A DNA stretch of 64,000 nt, from contig JBBDRA010000003.1 of the NCBI GenBank assembly GCA_040905715.1, forward strand, positions 7,075 to 71,074, written 5' to 3'. The stretch is from Minisyncoccota bacterium (GTDB lineage: Bacteria; Patescibacteriota; Minisyncoccia; Phycocordibacterales; CSBR16-193). This document shows, one piece after another, positions 37,368 to 47,181 of the stretch (positions are counted from its first letter, which is position 1; each line of letters opens with the position of its first letter). The notes beneath the pieces were generated by a model. That model saw only the letters and a list, made by a program, of their open reading frames with translations, did no database searches and had not been told where the DNA came from. The position numbers and the translations under genes are program-made.

Positions 37368-38465
37368 ATGGTTATGATAAACGAACAGCCCTCCAACACA
37401 CCTCGCACTCATACGATGATTTCCATCAGCTTGAATACCGTTCTGATGATCGTCGGGGTTGCTCTCACGCTCTTAGCCGCGTATTTGTTGCGCGATCTTG
37501 TGTTGGTTGTATTTGCTGCGGTTGTTATCGCGGTGGCGGTAGAGCCGGCTATTCAGTGGTTTCATCGTCGAAAAGTACCGAGACTTCCCGCGGTTATCAT
37601 TATCTATTTGATCATTGCTACTATTTTTGTCGGAGTGATCGCGTTTCTTTTGCGACCTCTTATCGGACAGGCCATGGAATTTTTGAATTCACTACCGGAG
37701 TACTGGCAGTCTCTACAGGCGTGGGCGTCTATGCAAACCGGGGGCAGTGTTGGAACCGGAGGAGAGGCTCTATCTATACAGGAGGTTTCACGAGAGTTGC
37801 GTGATTCGCTCACCGGTCTGTCCGGCGGCGCGTTAAGTGTTATTTCTAATGTGTTTGGCGGTGTGTTGAGTTTTGTTTTGATCGCTGTGCTGTCGTTTTA
37901 TCTTTCGGTCCAAGAGAATGGAGTCACGGACTTCTTGCGCATGGTTACGCCGACTCGCTATGAGCCATATGTGCTTGGTCTATGGAAACGTGCCGAGCGA
38001 AAGATCGGCCTGTGGATGCAGGGACAGTTGATCCTGGTGGTGATCATCGGTGTTTTGACATACATTGGTTTGACCTTGCTTGGTGTCGAGCACGCGTTGC
38101 TCCTTGCGGTGCTGGCCGGAGCATTTGAGATTATTCCGCTTTTCGGTCCGATTCTGGCAGCGATTCCGGCGATCCTGATCGCGTTTACAACCGAAGGCGT
38201 TACTCTGGCGCTTCTGGTAACCGGGCTGTATGTTGTTATACAGCAGCTTGAAAACCACGTGATCTATCCGATGGTAGTGAAGAAGGTGGTCGGCCTCTCG
38301 CCAATAGTGATCATTATCGGCCTGGTTGCCGGTGGTCAGCTCGGCGGGTTTCTCGGTATTCTTCTGGCTGTACCGATAGCGGCGATCTTGATGGAGATCA
38401 TAAATGACGTACAGGAAGGAAAAGAGATGCGATCAAAGAGGATGGAACCGGAAGGATCTGAGTAG
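37368..38465 (+). CDS. AI-2E family transporter (PerM/YhhT, UPF0118)
   Basis: Eight-TM pattern; conserved YVVIQQLENHVIYPMVV segment; start at 37368 (ORF opens at 37350). Confidence 0.75.
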   Translation: MVMINEQPSNTPRTHTMISISLNTVLMIVGVALTLLAAYLLRDLVLVVFAAVVIAVAVEPAIQWFHRRKVPRLPAVIIIYLIIATIFVGVIAFLLRPLIGQAMEFLNSLPEYWQSLQAWASMQTGGSVGTGGEALSIQEVSRELRDSLTGLSGGALSVISNVFGGVLSFVLIAVLSFYLSVQENGVTDFLRMVTPTRYEPYVLGLWKRAERKIGLWMQGQLILVVIIGVLTYIGLTLLGVEHALLLAVLAGAFEIIPLFGPILAAIPAILIAFTTEGVTLALLVTGLYVVIQQLENHVIYPMVVKKVVGLSPIVIIIGLVAGGQLGGFLGILLAVPIAAILMEIINDVQEGKEMRSKRMEPEGSE

Positions 38466-38500
38466 GAAACCTCTACCTAACTAATCGTTACGTGACCGAA

Positions 38501-39946
38501 ATGAATACACAAACACCATTTTATATCACTACAACGCTGCCATATGTAAACGCCAGTCCGCATATCGGTTTTGCCATGGAGTTAGTGCGTGCAGACATTA
38601 TTGCTCGGTACAAACGTCAGGCGGGTTTTGATGTGTTTTTTAACACCGGCACAGACGAGCATGGTGCAAAGATCCACGAGAAGGCGCTCGAGAAAGGCAT
38701 TGAACCTCAGGAATACGTTGACGAGGCAGCAGAAAAGTTCAAGGATCTGATCGATCTCCTCAACATTTCACCAGAGGTTCATTTCATTCGTACGACCGAT
38801 GAGCGTCACGTAAAAGCAGCGCAAGAGTTTTGGAGGCGGTGCAACGAGAACGGCGATATCTATAAAGGAACCTACAAGGTGAAATACTGTGTGGGCTGCG
38901 AACTCGAGAAGACGGAATCCGACCTCGACGAGAGCGGTCACTGCCCGATTCATCCGAATCGCGAGCTCGAGGTTCGCGAAGAGGAGAACTATTTCTTTAA
39001 GTTTTCCGCGTATGCTGAAAAGTTGCTCGATCTGTATACTAGCACGCCGGACTTTGTGATCCCTGACTTTCGTCTGGGTGAAATACGGGCATTTGTAGAG
39101 CGCGGGCTCACTGACTTTAGTATCTCTCGGGTGAAGGAGAAGATGCCGTGGGGGATCGAGGTGCCTGGTGATCCTGACCATGTGATGTATGTATGGTTCG
39201 ATGCGTTAGTGAACTACGTCTCAACACTTGACTGGCCGATCGAGTCAGAGATGTTCGAGAGGTACTGGAAGAATGGCACGCCAACCCAGTACGCCGGCAA
39301 GGATAACCTGCGCCAGCAGTCTGCCATGTGGCAAGCAATGCTCATGTCGGCCGGTTTACCTGCTTCTCGCCAGATCGTGATAAATGGTTTTATTACCAGC
39401 GGTGGTCAGAAGATGTCGAAGTCGACCGGTAACGTGATCAGTCCGCAGGAGATAGTTGAGGTATACGGTGCTGATGCACTGCGCTACTACTTAGCGCGAG
39501 AGTTGCAGTCGTTCGAAGATAGCGACTTTACCCAAGAGCGATTTCGCGAGGTCTACAACGCTAACCTCGCAAACGGTCTTGGGAACCTGGCTAGTCGGAT
39601 CATGAAAATGGCTGAGACGCACCTAACGACCGCCCCGATACTGCCGGCACAAGTGTATGAGCAGGATTTCCAGGAAGCATTGGAGCGATTCGATCTTCAG
39701 CGAGCAACAGACATCATCTGGGAGAAGATCCAAGCTATGGACGGAAATATCCAGGAGACAGAGCCGTTCAAACTGGTTAAAACTGATCTAGAGCAAGCCA
39801 AAGCTATTATTAGCGACCTCGTGATCGATCTGTATAAAGTAAGTCAGATGCTTGCTCCGGTCATGCCGAGTACGTCAGCGGCAATTCAAGAGGCGGTCAA
39901 GACGAACACAAAGCCGGAAACACTTTTTCCTCGCCGAGAAGAGTAG
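38501..39946 (+). CDS. metG: Methionyl-tRNA synthetase (short form)
   Basis: PYVNASPHIGF (HIGH-type) and KMSKS (QKMSKSTGN) motifs; zinc knuckle CVGCELE..HCPIH; ATG at 38501 (ORF opens with GTG at 38492). Confidence 0.85.
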   Translation: MNTQTPFYITTTLPYVNASPHIGFAMELVRADIIARYKRQAGFDVFFNTGTDEHGAKIHEKALEKGIEPQEYVDEAAEKFKDLIDLLNISPEVHFIRTTDERHVKAAQEFWRRCNENGDIYKGTYKVKYCVGCELEKTESDLDESGHCPIHPNRELEVREEENYFFKFSAYAEKLLDLYTSTPDFVIPDFRLGEIRAFVERGLTDFSISRVKEKMPWGIEVPGDPDHVMYVWFDALVNYVSTLDWPIESEMFERYWKNGTPTQYAGKDNLRQQSAMWQAMLMSAGLPASRQIVINGFITSGGQKMSKSTGNVISPQEIVEVYGADALRYYLARELQSFEDSDFTQERFREVYNANLANGLGNLASRIMKMAETHLTTAPILPAQVYEQDFQEALERFDLQRATDIIWEKIQAMDGNIQETEPFKLVKTDLEQAKAIISDLVIDLYKVSQMLAPVMPSTSAAIQEAVKTNTKPETLFPRREE

Positions 39947-39954
39947 AACCAGAC

Positions 39955-40767
39955 ATGACTCAACTGAACTACATCGATATTCATGCTCACTTTGATACCT
40001 ACGAGCCTGAAGAGCGTCAGGCTGTGCTGGGGCGGATGCGCGAGCATGGCGTTCACGCGATTGCTGTCGGTACCGATGTGCAGAGCTCGCAAAGTGTTGT
40101 TCGGCTTGCCCGAGAAGAAGAAAGCGTGTCTGCCTGTGTTGGTGTTCATCCGGACGCAAGCAGAGACGCCGACCTGGATATGATCGCAGGTCTTGCCGGT
40201 GACCCGCAGGTGGTTGCGATAGGTGAGTGCGGGTTTGATTACTTTAGGCGCGAGGGGAGAGAGGGTGGAGGAAGTGATCGAGATGATCTGAAGCCGGTTC
40301 AGCAAGCGGTGTTTGAGCGGCAGGTGGAGCTTGCGGTGCAGTATCAGAAACCGCTCATGCTTCATGTGCGCCCGGCGAAGGATTCTATGGATGCCTACGA
40401 AGACACACTTGAGCTCCTCGAGAGCTATGCACAAGAACATGGCGAGGCTCTGGGCGGTAACGCGCACTTTTTTGCCGGCACAGTTGAACATGCGCGGCGG
40501 TTTCTTGAGATCGGCTTTACGCTTTCGTTTACCGGAGTTATTACGTTCACAAATGATTACGACGAGGTGATTCGATACATTCCCTCGGATATGCTACACG
40601 CGGAGACCGATTCGCCGTTTGTTGCGCCTGTTCCGTATCGTGGCAAGCAGAACGAGCCGAGCTATGTACAACACGTTGTTGAGCGGCTAGCCCGGATACG
40701 CGACGAGGACCCGCAGGTGTTGGGAAAAGCGCTTGTGGACAACGCACGGCGACTTTTTGGAGTATAG
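39955..40767 (+). CDS. tatD: TatD family metal-dependent DNase/hydrolase
   Basis: IDIHAHFD, IGECGFDY, HVR.., ETDSPF motifs. Confidence 0.8.
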   Translation: MTQLNYIDIHAHFDTYEPEERQAVLGRMREHGVHAIAVGTDVQSSQSVVRLAREEESVSACVGVHPDASRDADLDMIAGLAGDPQVVAIGECGFDYFRREGREGGGSDRDDLKPVQQAVFERQVELAVQYQKPLMLHVRPAKDSMDAYEDTLELLESYAQEHGEALGGNAHFFAGTVEHARRFLEIGFTLSFTGVITFTNDYDEVIRYIPSDMLHAETDSPFVAPVPYRGKQNEPSYVQHVVERLARIRDEDPQVLGKALVDNARRLFGV

Positions 40768-40809
40768 TAAATAAGAGGCGATGAGGTTATTTTATGAATA
40801 ATTATTTTT

Positions 40810-41763
40810 ATGCAACAAGATCTTGAACAAAATACTGTGTCCGGATCATCGGAAGGTTTTGACACAACACCTGCATACGGACAACAGGAGACTCTTGTTT
40901 CCGGAGCAGGCCCTGTAAATGAGCAAACAAAATTACCAAGCATCGGCACTCACTTGAAGGAAGCGTACGCAATGGTGGTAGATCGCGCCGGCGTGCTTAG
41001 CGTAGCTTATATAGCTTTGTTTATTGTTAATATCCTTACACTCTACATAGCTGCGAAAGTAGTGTTCCTTTTAGCGTTTAATTCTGGTGGTTTCGAAATG
41101 ATCCTGCCATTAATGGCGTTGGTCGGTATTGGGTGTGTGGCCTATGGGGTTTGGACGGTTATTATAGTAATGATCGTGGATTCACTACTTACTCCGCACG
41201 AAAACTCAACTGTAGGACGTCACATTTACCGTGCTGTTGCGTTGTTTGTCCCGGCTCTTTGGATTGTTATTCTCGTCGGATTGGCCACGACCGGTGGATT
41301 TGTTTTACTGGTCATCCCCGGAATCCTTCTTAGTTTGTGGTTCTCTCTAGTTATTCCAGTTATGATTGCTGATAGATATCGCGGATGGGATGCGCTGTGT
41401 GCCAGTCGAGAACTTGTACGTAACTACACAGGGGAAGTATTTATTCGATATCTCGTTGTTGGTATCCTTCTTGCCGTCATTGGGGGAATAGCTGGCTTGA
41501 TCCTTGACCTGGTCGTATCAGCTGTTTTGCCATCGTACGGGCTAATGGAATTGATCGTTAGCCAAATTATTCCTATATTGATCAATACTGTTCTTTGGAT
41601 ATATATTGTGGCGTTTGGCGTTCGATTATATCAGTATTTGAAGGAGCGAAAAGGGGTAGTTGATCCGTCAAATCCAAAACGCGGTTGGTATATGGCCGCT
41701 GCCGTACTCGGCCTTTTGGTTATTTTAGGGTATACCGCTATGATCGGTAGTGTTCTATTGTAA
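40810..41763 (+). CDS. Polytopic membrane protein, function unknown
   Basis: Six or more hydrophobic helices; no recognised family. Confidence 0.5.
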   Translation: MQQDLEQNTVSGSSEGFDTTPAYGQQETLVSGAGPVNEQTKLPSIGTHLKEAYAMVVDRAGVLSVAYIALFIVNILTLYIAAKVVFLLAFNSGGFEMILPLMALVGIGCVAYGVWTVIIVMIVDSLLTPHENSTVGRHIYRAVALFVPALWIVILVGLATTGGFVLLVIPGILLSLWFSLVIPVMIADRYRGWDALCASRELVRNYTGEVFIRYLVVGILLAVIGGIAGLILDLVVSAVLPSYGLMELIVSQIIPILINTVLWIYIVAFGVRLYQYLKERKGVVDPSNPKRGWYMAAAVLGLLVILGYTAMIGSVLL

Positions 41764-41930
41764 CTGGTGCTGGACTAAGATAATCTGAGATTCGAAGTTT
41801 GGTAGCAGGAATGATGAATAGAATAAGCAGGTGCGGGTGAATCGGCAATAATCACTTGCGCCTGCTATGTCGGTGTGATAGGCTAGATTTCATTAAGAAA
41901 AGAAGATAGCCAGTAAAAAAGAAGCCCCAT

Positions 41931-42440
41931 ATGGCAGAAAACGACACACAAGCACTTCAAGAGAACGGATCTGAGATCATCGCGCGCGAATACGAATGCG
42001 CGTATTTACTCATGCCAACGATCGCTGAGGAGAAGGTTGCTGGCGAGGTTGAGGCGATCCGATCTGTGATCGAAAAGAACAGCGCCGGTATTGTCCAGGA
42101 AAAAGAGCCTGAGAAAATGCCACTGGCCTACGAGATGACGATCAAGCGAGAAGGAAAGAAAGATCGTTTCTTGGAAGCGTATTTCGGTTGGATGACCTTC
42201 ACGGCTTCAAGCGAGGCGATCGCCGTGATGAACGAAGAGCTTGCCCGTAACAGTTCACTGATCAGATTCATGATCATTCTTGCCGCTGCTGAGCAGGGTG
42301 TCGACGATGTTGATGAGTCACTGGTCTCGCCGCAAAGCGAGGAAGATCAGGTCAAACTCGATGATGACGCCTCTTCGGAAGATATCGACAAAAGCATCGA
42401 TGCACTTGTTGACGAGGAAGAAACTGTGACGGCATCGTAA
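41931..42440 (+). CDS. rpsF: 30S ribosomal protein S6 with acidic C-terminal tail
   Basis: YECAYLLMP.. S6 core; conserved rpsF-ssb-rpsR order. Confidence 0.75.
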   Translation: MAENDTQALQENGSEIIAREYECAYLLMPTIAEEKVAGEVEAIRSVIEKNSAGIVQEKEPEKMPLAYEMTIKREGKKDRFLEAYFGWMTFTASSEAIAVMNEELARNSSLIRFMIILAAAEQGVDDVDESLVSPQSEEDQVKLDDDASSEDIDKSIDALVDEEETVTAS

Positions 42441-42462
42441 TTACCACCTCAACTCTTAGTCT

Positions 42463-42924
42463 ATGTACCTTAATAAAGCGATCATCATTGGTAACCTTAC
42501 TCAAGATCCTGAACTAAAATCACTTCCATCAGGTGTTCAGGTCTCGAACTTTTCACTTGCAACAAACCGTGTGTACAATGACAAAGACGGCAACAAGCAG
42601 GAGAGCTCTGAATTCCACAATATTGTGGTCTTTGGAAGGCAGGCGGAAACAAGCGCGCAGTATCTGAAGAAAGGCCAGCAGGCGCTTGTCGAAGGACGGT
42701 TGCAGACGAGAAGCTGGGAAGATCAAAACGGAGTAAAGAAGTACCGAACCGAGATCATTGCCGACCGGGTACAGTTCGGGCAGAAGGCCGGTGACGCACC
42801 TGCGGGAGGCCAAGGAGGCGGACAAAAGCAAGCTGCTAACACCGGCAGTCAACAGCAGGATCAGCAAGGACAAGATATTAACTATCCGGACGAAGAGATC
42901 AATCCTGACGATATCCCGTTTTAG
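42463..42924 (+). CDS. ssb: Single-stranded DNA-binding protein
   Basis: OB-fold MYLNKAIIIGNLTQDPELK..; Gly/Gln tail ending DDIPF. Confidence 0.9.
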   Translation: MYLNKAIIIGNLTQDPELKSLPSGVQVSNFSLATNRVYNDKDGNKQESSEFHNIVVFGRQAETSAQYLKKGQQALVEGRLQTRSWEDQNGVKKYRTEIIADRVQFGQKAGDAPAGGQGGGQKQAANTGSQQQDQQGQDINYPDEEINPDDIPF

Positions 42925-42957
42925 AAAAATAAGGAGTGAAGCGACTATATTTTTCTA

Positions 42958-43022
42958 CCCGGTTAAATAATCGAGACCAGTGGTCTCGATTCCGGTCGAC
43001 CTGTCGGCCGGATTTAACCGGG
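42958..43022 (+). promoter_or_regulatory. 65-nt Y-shaped (three-way junction) structured element between ssb and rpsR
   Basis: 11-bp closing stem cccggttaaat/atttaaccggg enclosing two hairpins (aatcgagacc-agtg-ggtctcgatt and ccggtcgac..gtcggccgg). Confidence 0.5.
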
Positions 43023-43065
43023 TGACTTAAGCGAGTAATTCGTTTCACTCATAACACGTTAAGCC

Positions 43066-43254
43066 ATGAATTCAAACATCAATCTTACATCACTCGACTA
43101 TAAGCACACAGAAACACTGAAGAAGTTTCTGGATGATCACGGTCGTATTCTACCGCGTCGTAAAACCGGCGTGACTGCAAAGAACCAGCGTCGAGTAGCA
43201 AACGCTATCAAGCGCGCTCGATTCATGGGGCTTCTGCCTTACATTCTTCGATAG
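43066..43254 (+). CDS. rpsR: 30S ribosomal protein S18
   Basis: [41 protein letters not shown]. Confidence 0.9.
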   Translation: MNSNINLTSLDYKHTETLKKFLDDHGRILPRRKTGVTAKNQRRVANAIKRARFMGLLPYILR

Positions 43255-43258
43255 TCGT

Positions 43259-43666
43259 TTGGTGGGTGCTTCGGGTATGAATTACTGGCCAATATATTTA
43301 CCGTCGTTGTCTTTTTCAGAAAAAGTAAAAAACATACTTGTGTGTTTTTTGATCATGGCCTTGGGTTTAGGATTGTTTAAATTTGCTCCGATCTCATTGT
43401 GGGGGAGCGGTATCCAGTTTGACGCATCGTTTCATGTTGTCGCAACGATATTTGGTCTGTACGTAATTTGGTATTTTATCGAAAGAAATAAACGATGGCG
43501 GGTACCGTTCTTTATTGTGGCAACCGGTTTGGTGACGGTTATTTCAATCCAGCGGATCTTTGCTGAGGCTCATAACGAGATCGGCATACTTATCGCTCTT
43601 GCGCTCTCTGCGGTAGCGATCATTCTGTCGCGTCCGGAATATTTTCTTAAGCGCCTGAGGTTTTAG
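43259..43666 (+). CDS. Small membrane protein, weak PAP2-like motifs
   Basis: Four hydrophobic segments; SFH and R-x5-H-x3 resembling PAP2 motifs 2 and 3; low certainty. Confidence 0.35.
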   Translation: MVGASGMNYWPIYLPSLSFSEKVKNILVCFLIMALGLGLFKFAPISLWGSGIQFDASFHVVATIFGLYVIWYFIERNKRWRVPFFIVATGLVTVISIQRIFAEAHNEIGILIALALSAVAIILSRPEYFLKRLRF

Positions 43667-43708
43667 TGAGGTTCTAGATCTGTCGACACGTAGACATGGT
43701 AGCTAAAT

Positions 43709-43741
43709 AAAACACCATCCGCCGGGTGGTGTTTTATTTTT
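43709..43741. terminator. Bidirectional terminator
   Basis: aaaacaccatccgccgggtggtgtttt flanked by A-run and T-run. Confidence 0.85.
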
Positions 43742-44303
43742 TGGAAACTCGCTCTACGTAGACACCTTTTTCTGTGTTCACGCGGATCACGTCTCCGGCT
43801 TCAATGAACATCGGTACTTCTATTTCAGCACCGGAGGAGAGGGTAATACGTTTGTTGCCTCCTTGTGCGGTGTTGCCCTTGATATTTGGCGGGGCATCAG
43901 TAACCTCAAGTTCGACTTTAACCGGCAAGGTAATGCCGATGTATGCATCCTGGTGGCGAATACCGCTTACCTCCATTCCTTCAATGAGGTAGATAGCTTG
44001 TTTACCGATAACCTCTTCAGAGATAGAGAAACGATCACTTTTATCTTCTTTAGAATGAAAAATGTAGTCACCTCGCTTTTCGTAAATAAAAATGATCGGC
44101 TGAGTATCAATGGAAGCCTTCTCAACTTTGTCAGATTGCTGAAATGTGCGCTCCATAACATTTCCTGTTATAAGGTTGCGAAGCTTGGTCTGATTGACCG
44201 CTTTTCGTTGCTGTTTGCGGAAAATGTGAGAATCGAGTACTTCGTAGGGTTGGCCGTCGAGCTCAATATAGGTTCGGTTTGTGATGTCGCTGTAGCTAAG
44301 CAT
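43734..44303 (-). CDS. efp: Elongation factor P (atypical modification loop FRKQQRKA)
   Basis: Three-domain EF-P; alignment to E. coli EF-P over its whole length; the loop KPGKG is replaced. Confidence 0.8.
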   Translation of the reverse strand: MLSYSDITNRTYIELDGQPYEVLDSHIFRKQQRKAVNQTKLRNLITGNVMERTFQQSDKVEKASIDTQPIIFIYEKRGDYIFHSKEDKSDRFSISEEVIGKQAIYLIEGMEVSGIRHQDAYIGITLPVKVELEVTDAPPNIKGNTAQGGNKRITLSSGAEIEVPMFIEAGDVIRVNTEKGVYVERVSKK

Positions 44304-44461
44304 GGGCGAGAGTATAGCATATATCCATCCGTTTTGGATGGATGGTCGTCTTGTATCTTAAATCGTATCTACCTATAACAACAAATAGCGTAACTAATTC
44401 TTCATCAGTCCGGCGGATCTTTTTTACGAGACATGGCCTTTTCTGTGCGCAAGTATGCTAC

Positions 44462-46597
44462 TCAGGCTTCCGCTTGTAGGTTTTCGCGGATCTGTTTGAG
44501 GAGTTCAGTTCTGATCTTCTTGCTTTCTTTCTGTTGGAGAAGTTGGCGAGTGGCGTCGTATCCGCGACCAAGTTTCTCCTCGCCGTAGTAGTAGACGCTT
44601 CCTTTCTTGGTCACGAGCCCAAACCGCTCGCCAAGGGCGATAAGTTCGCCTTCTTTGGAGATACCTTCGTTATACATCAGATCGAATTCGGTCTGTTTGA
44701 ACGGTGCAGCAACCTTGTTTTTCACCACCTTTACACGTACCCGTCCGCCCATGACAGCATCACCTTTCTTGATCTGGGCAATACGGCGCACGTCAAGGCG
44801 AACCGACGTGTAGAACTTGAGCGCTCGACCACCCGGAGTCGTCTCGGGAGAGTTACTTACCAGACAGTCATCTATAAAGTAGTTGTGGTTGTTAGCAACA
44901 GAAATATCAAATCGCTGTTTACTGATCCGCTGACCGTCTCGATAGGGAACGCGGGTTCCTATCTTCTGTACTCGCATTGGTCTCAATACCTCGGTTTGGT
45001 TTGTCTGAGTCGGCAGTTGGTGAAACTGTCCGCGGTAGGAAGCAGGGAGTTTGTACTCCATTGACGAGGGTACGAACGGAGCGATCAGCTCAAATAGTTT
45101 GTCCGACTCTGCTACTGAAAATGAGAGCACGTCGTACTCGCCACACGCTCGCCATGTAGGTGTTATACCGAAACGCGCAAATATGCGGTCGATACGTTCA
45201 CGACTTTTTGTGTCATTGGAAAATCCGTTTACATATAACGCGGCGCGTGGGCGACGGGTGTAGGTTTTACCCTTCCAGTATGTTTTGCCGGTCTGAAGTG
45301 ATCCGTCGCCACAGTACCACAACGCGATCGCTCGGGGCGTGATCGTCTCAACGATCGATTCCGGTACTATCTTTTTCTTTTCAACGTAGAATAGGGAATG
45401 AAGGTCACCGATACGCAAAAGCGCTTGTGTTTCCATTGTCGCGGTACCGCGCGAGGTTTGCGTAGTAACATTACGTGTTAGGTCACCGAGCTCTTCAGCT
45501 AACCAGGATACATATCCGCTTTGAGAGGCGGCGTGTTCTTCTCTAAAGTACGCCGTTTGCTCACCTTGTTTCTTGATATTTCCGTCACCAAGTAGGGAGC
45601 CGATGATTATCTGCTCTTGTTCATGGCTCATCTCGGTATTTGATATGCGGACAGAGATTTCATCGCCTTCCTTAATATCTTTTGCCTTTCTCCAGCCATG
45701 CGGCGTGTAAACCTTGTGGTCAGGAGTACACGAGAACCCGCGCCGTCCGTTCCCTGTGTGGTTTTGTACAAAAAACTGGAGAAATGAGTCTGTTTCTCCG
45801 TTAATGTGCCAGTCAAGCACCGGTTGAGGTTCAATCTGCTTTGTCTCAAAGTTGTACGAGAGTACTTCTACCGGAAGTGTCTGGTTTACAATCTTTCCAA
45901 TTTTCTCACGACTTCCGTCGGCGAGCATTACCTGGGAGTCGTACGAGAAACAGCCGAACATAACGCCGATCTTCTCACGGATCTGGTTAATAAATATGAC
46001 CGTGGTGTTGCTTTTGGCGACGATAGCGGTCAGCTTACGGAGTGCTTGGGACATCAGGCGTGCCTGCTTGCCCACCTGGGCGTCACCCATCTCACCCTCG
46101 ATTTCGTCTCGGGGAGTAAGAGCGGCAACTGAGTCAACGACGATAATGTCTACTTTGCCGGATCGAACAAGGCTTTCGGTTATCTCCAGTGCCTGCTCCC
46201 CGTTGTCCGGCTGAGAGATCAAGAGGTCATTGATATTCACTCCAAGTTTCTTGGTGTACTCCGGGTCCATGGCGTGCTCGGCATCAATGAATGCTGCGAT
46301 CCCTCCTTGCTTTTGTGCTCCGGCAACTGCGTGGAGAGCAAGCGTGGTCTTTCCGGAAGATTCCGGTCCGTATATCTCGATAACACGCCCGCGGGGAAAT
46401 CCTCCAACACCAAGAGCGTAGTCAAGACCCACCGAACCGCTTGGGATAGCATCAATATCTACCTTAGGTCTCTCCCCAAGTTTTGTAATGGATTCTTCTC
46501 CGAACTTTGTCTGGATCTCGCGAAGAGTGTCGTCAATACTTGTACTTGCGTCATCTTTCTTTTGCAAGGTCTTTGCGGTTTTCTGTTTCTTGGCCAT
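44462..46597 (-). CDS. recA: Recombinase RecA precursor interrupted by a 367-aa intein
   Basis: Exteins give a 344-aa RecA (Walker [10 protein letters not shown]; ..[10 protein letters not shown] | [14 protein letters not shown]..); intervening sequence begins with Cys and ends with Asn before Ser+1. Confidence 0.9.
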   Translation of the reverse strand: MAKKQKTAKTLQKKDDASTSIDDTLREIQTKFGEESITKLGERPKVDIDAIPSGSVGLDYALGVGGFPRGRVIEIYGPESSGKTTLALHAVAGAQKQGGIAAFIDAEHAMDPEYTKKLGVNINDLLISQPDNGEQALEITESLVRSGKVDIIVVDSVAALTPRDEIEGEMGDAQVGKQARLMSQALRKLTAIVAKSNTTVIFINQIREKIGVMFGCFSYDSQVMLADGSREKIGKIVNQTLPVEVLSYNFETKQIEPQPVLDWHINGETDSFLQFFVQNHTGNGRRGFSCTPDHKVYTPHGWRKAKDIKEGDEISVRISNTEMSHEQEQIIIGSLLGDGNIKKQGEQTAYFREEHAASQSGYVSWLAEELGDLTRNVTTQTSRGTATMETQALLRIGDLHSLFYVEKKKIVPESIVETITPRAIALWYCGDGSLQTGKTYWKGKTYTRRPRAALYVNGFSNDTKSRERIDRIFARFGITPTWRACGEYDVLSFSVAESDKLFELIAPFVPSSMEYKLPASYRGQFHQLPTQTNQTEVLRPMRVQKIGTRVPYRDGQRISKQRFDISVANNHNYFIDDCLVSNSPETTPGGRALKFYTSVRLDVRRIAQIKKGDAVMGGRVRVKVVKNKVAAPFKQTEFDLMYNEGISKEGELIALGERFGLVTKKGSVYYYGEEKLGRGYDATRQLLQQKESKKIRTELLKQIRENLQAEA
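44852..45952 (-). mobile_element. RecA intein with LAGLIDADG homing-endonuclease domain, inserted at the VMFG/SPETT (RecA-b-like) site
   Basis: Block A CFSYDSQV; LAGLIDADG motifs [12 protein letters not shown] and [12 protein letters not shown]; C-terminal ..[14 protein letters not shown] then S+1. Confidence 0.85.
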
Positions 46598-46623
46598 ATA
46601 CGCTGAGTCTCGTTTTGAGATGA

Positions 46624-47043
46624 TTAGGATTCGTTTCCGGCCTCAGGATCTTGTGGCTCTTCTTGACTTAGTGGATCAGAATCGGACTGAGCAAGAGGAG
46701 TATGAACGATCTCAACCGTATCTGTGGTTGTGCGTCCGAATCGGTCGGTCGCTTCGATCGTGATCACGTTGTATCCCTGGGCAAGAACAACCGGTTCTTC
46801 AAATTGTCCTTCTTCGTTAATATAAATTGTTCGGTCGTTGAGGCTGATGGCGGAGATGTTCGAAGTGATGCCTTCAACGTTAACTAATGTGGTGCGCACG
46901 GTAGCGCCGTTTTGTGGGTGCTGAATTGACACGTTTGGACCGCTGATCAGGTCGCGCGCCTGGAACAAGCCGTAGCCCACCAGGAGGCAGACGATCATGG
47001 TGCCGATGGTAAAGTGAAGTATTCGCTGTCCTTTAATGGTCAT
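46624..47043 (-). CDS. Hypothetical membrane-anchored protein between ftsK and recA
   Basis: Internal ATG with GGAGGG RBS; one TM; possibly co-transcribed. Confidence 0.4.
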   Translation of the reverse strand: MTIKGQRILHFTIGTMIVCLLVGYGLFQARDLISGPNVSIQHPQNGATVRTTLVNVEGITSNISAISLNDRTIYINEEGQFEEPVVLAQGYNVITIEATDRFGRTTTDTVEIVHTPLAQSDSDPLSQEEPQDPEAGNES

Positions 47044-47181
47044 AGTGTTTGCATGCCCTCCTGACCCCTTTGTGGGGGAAATTCGCGGTCGTGCGGGTCC
47101 TTCTGTAAGGACAGGAGTGTAAACCTCCACTGCCGTACAACCTCGGATATGACCACAGTATACCACGCACAATGTCTTATA

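Noticed and set aside
42925-43065. Possible tRNA in the ssb-rpsR spacer (GGTCTCGATTCC resembles a T-arm)
   Set aside because: The closing helix is 11 bp, there is no D-arm or anticodon-arm geometry, and no GTTC T-loop. It is interpreted instead as a three-way-junction regulatory or processing element.
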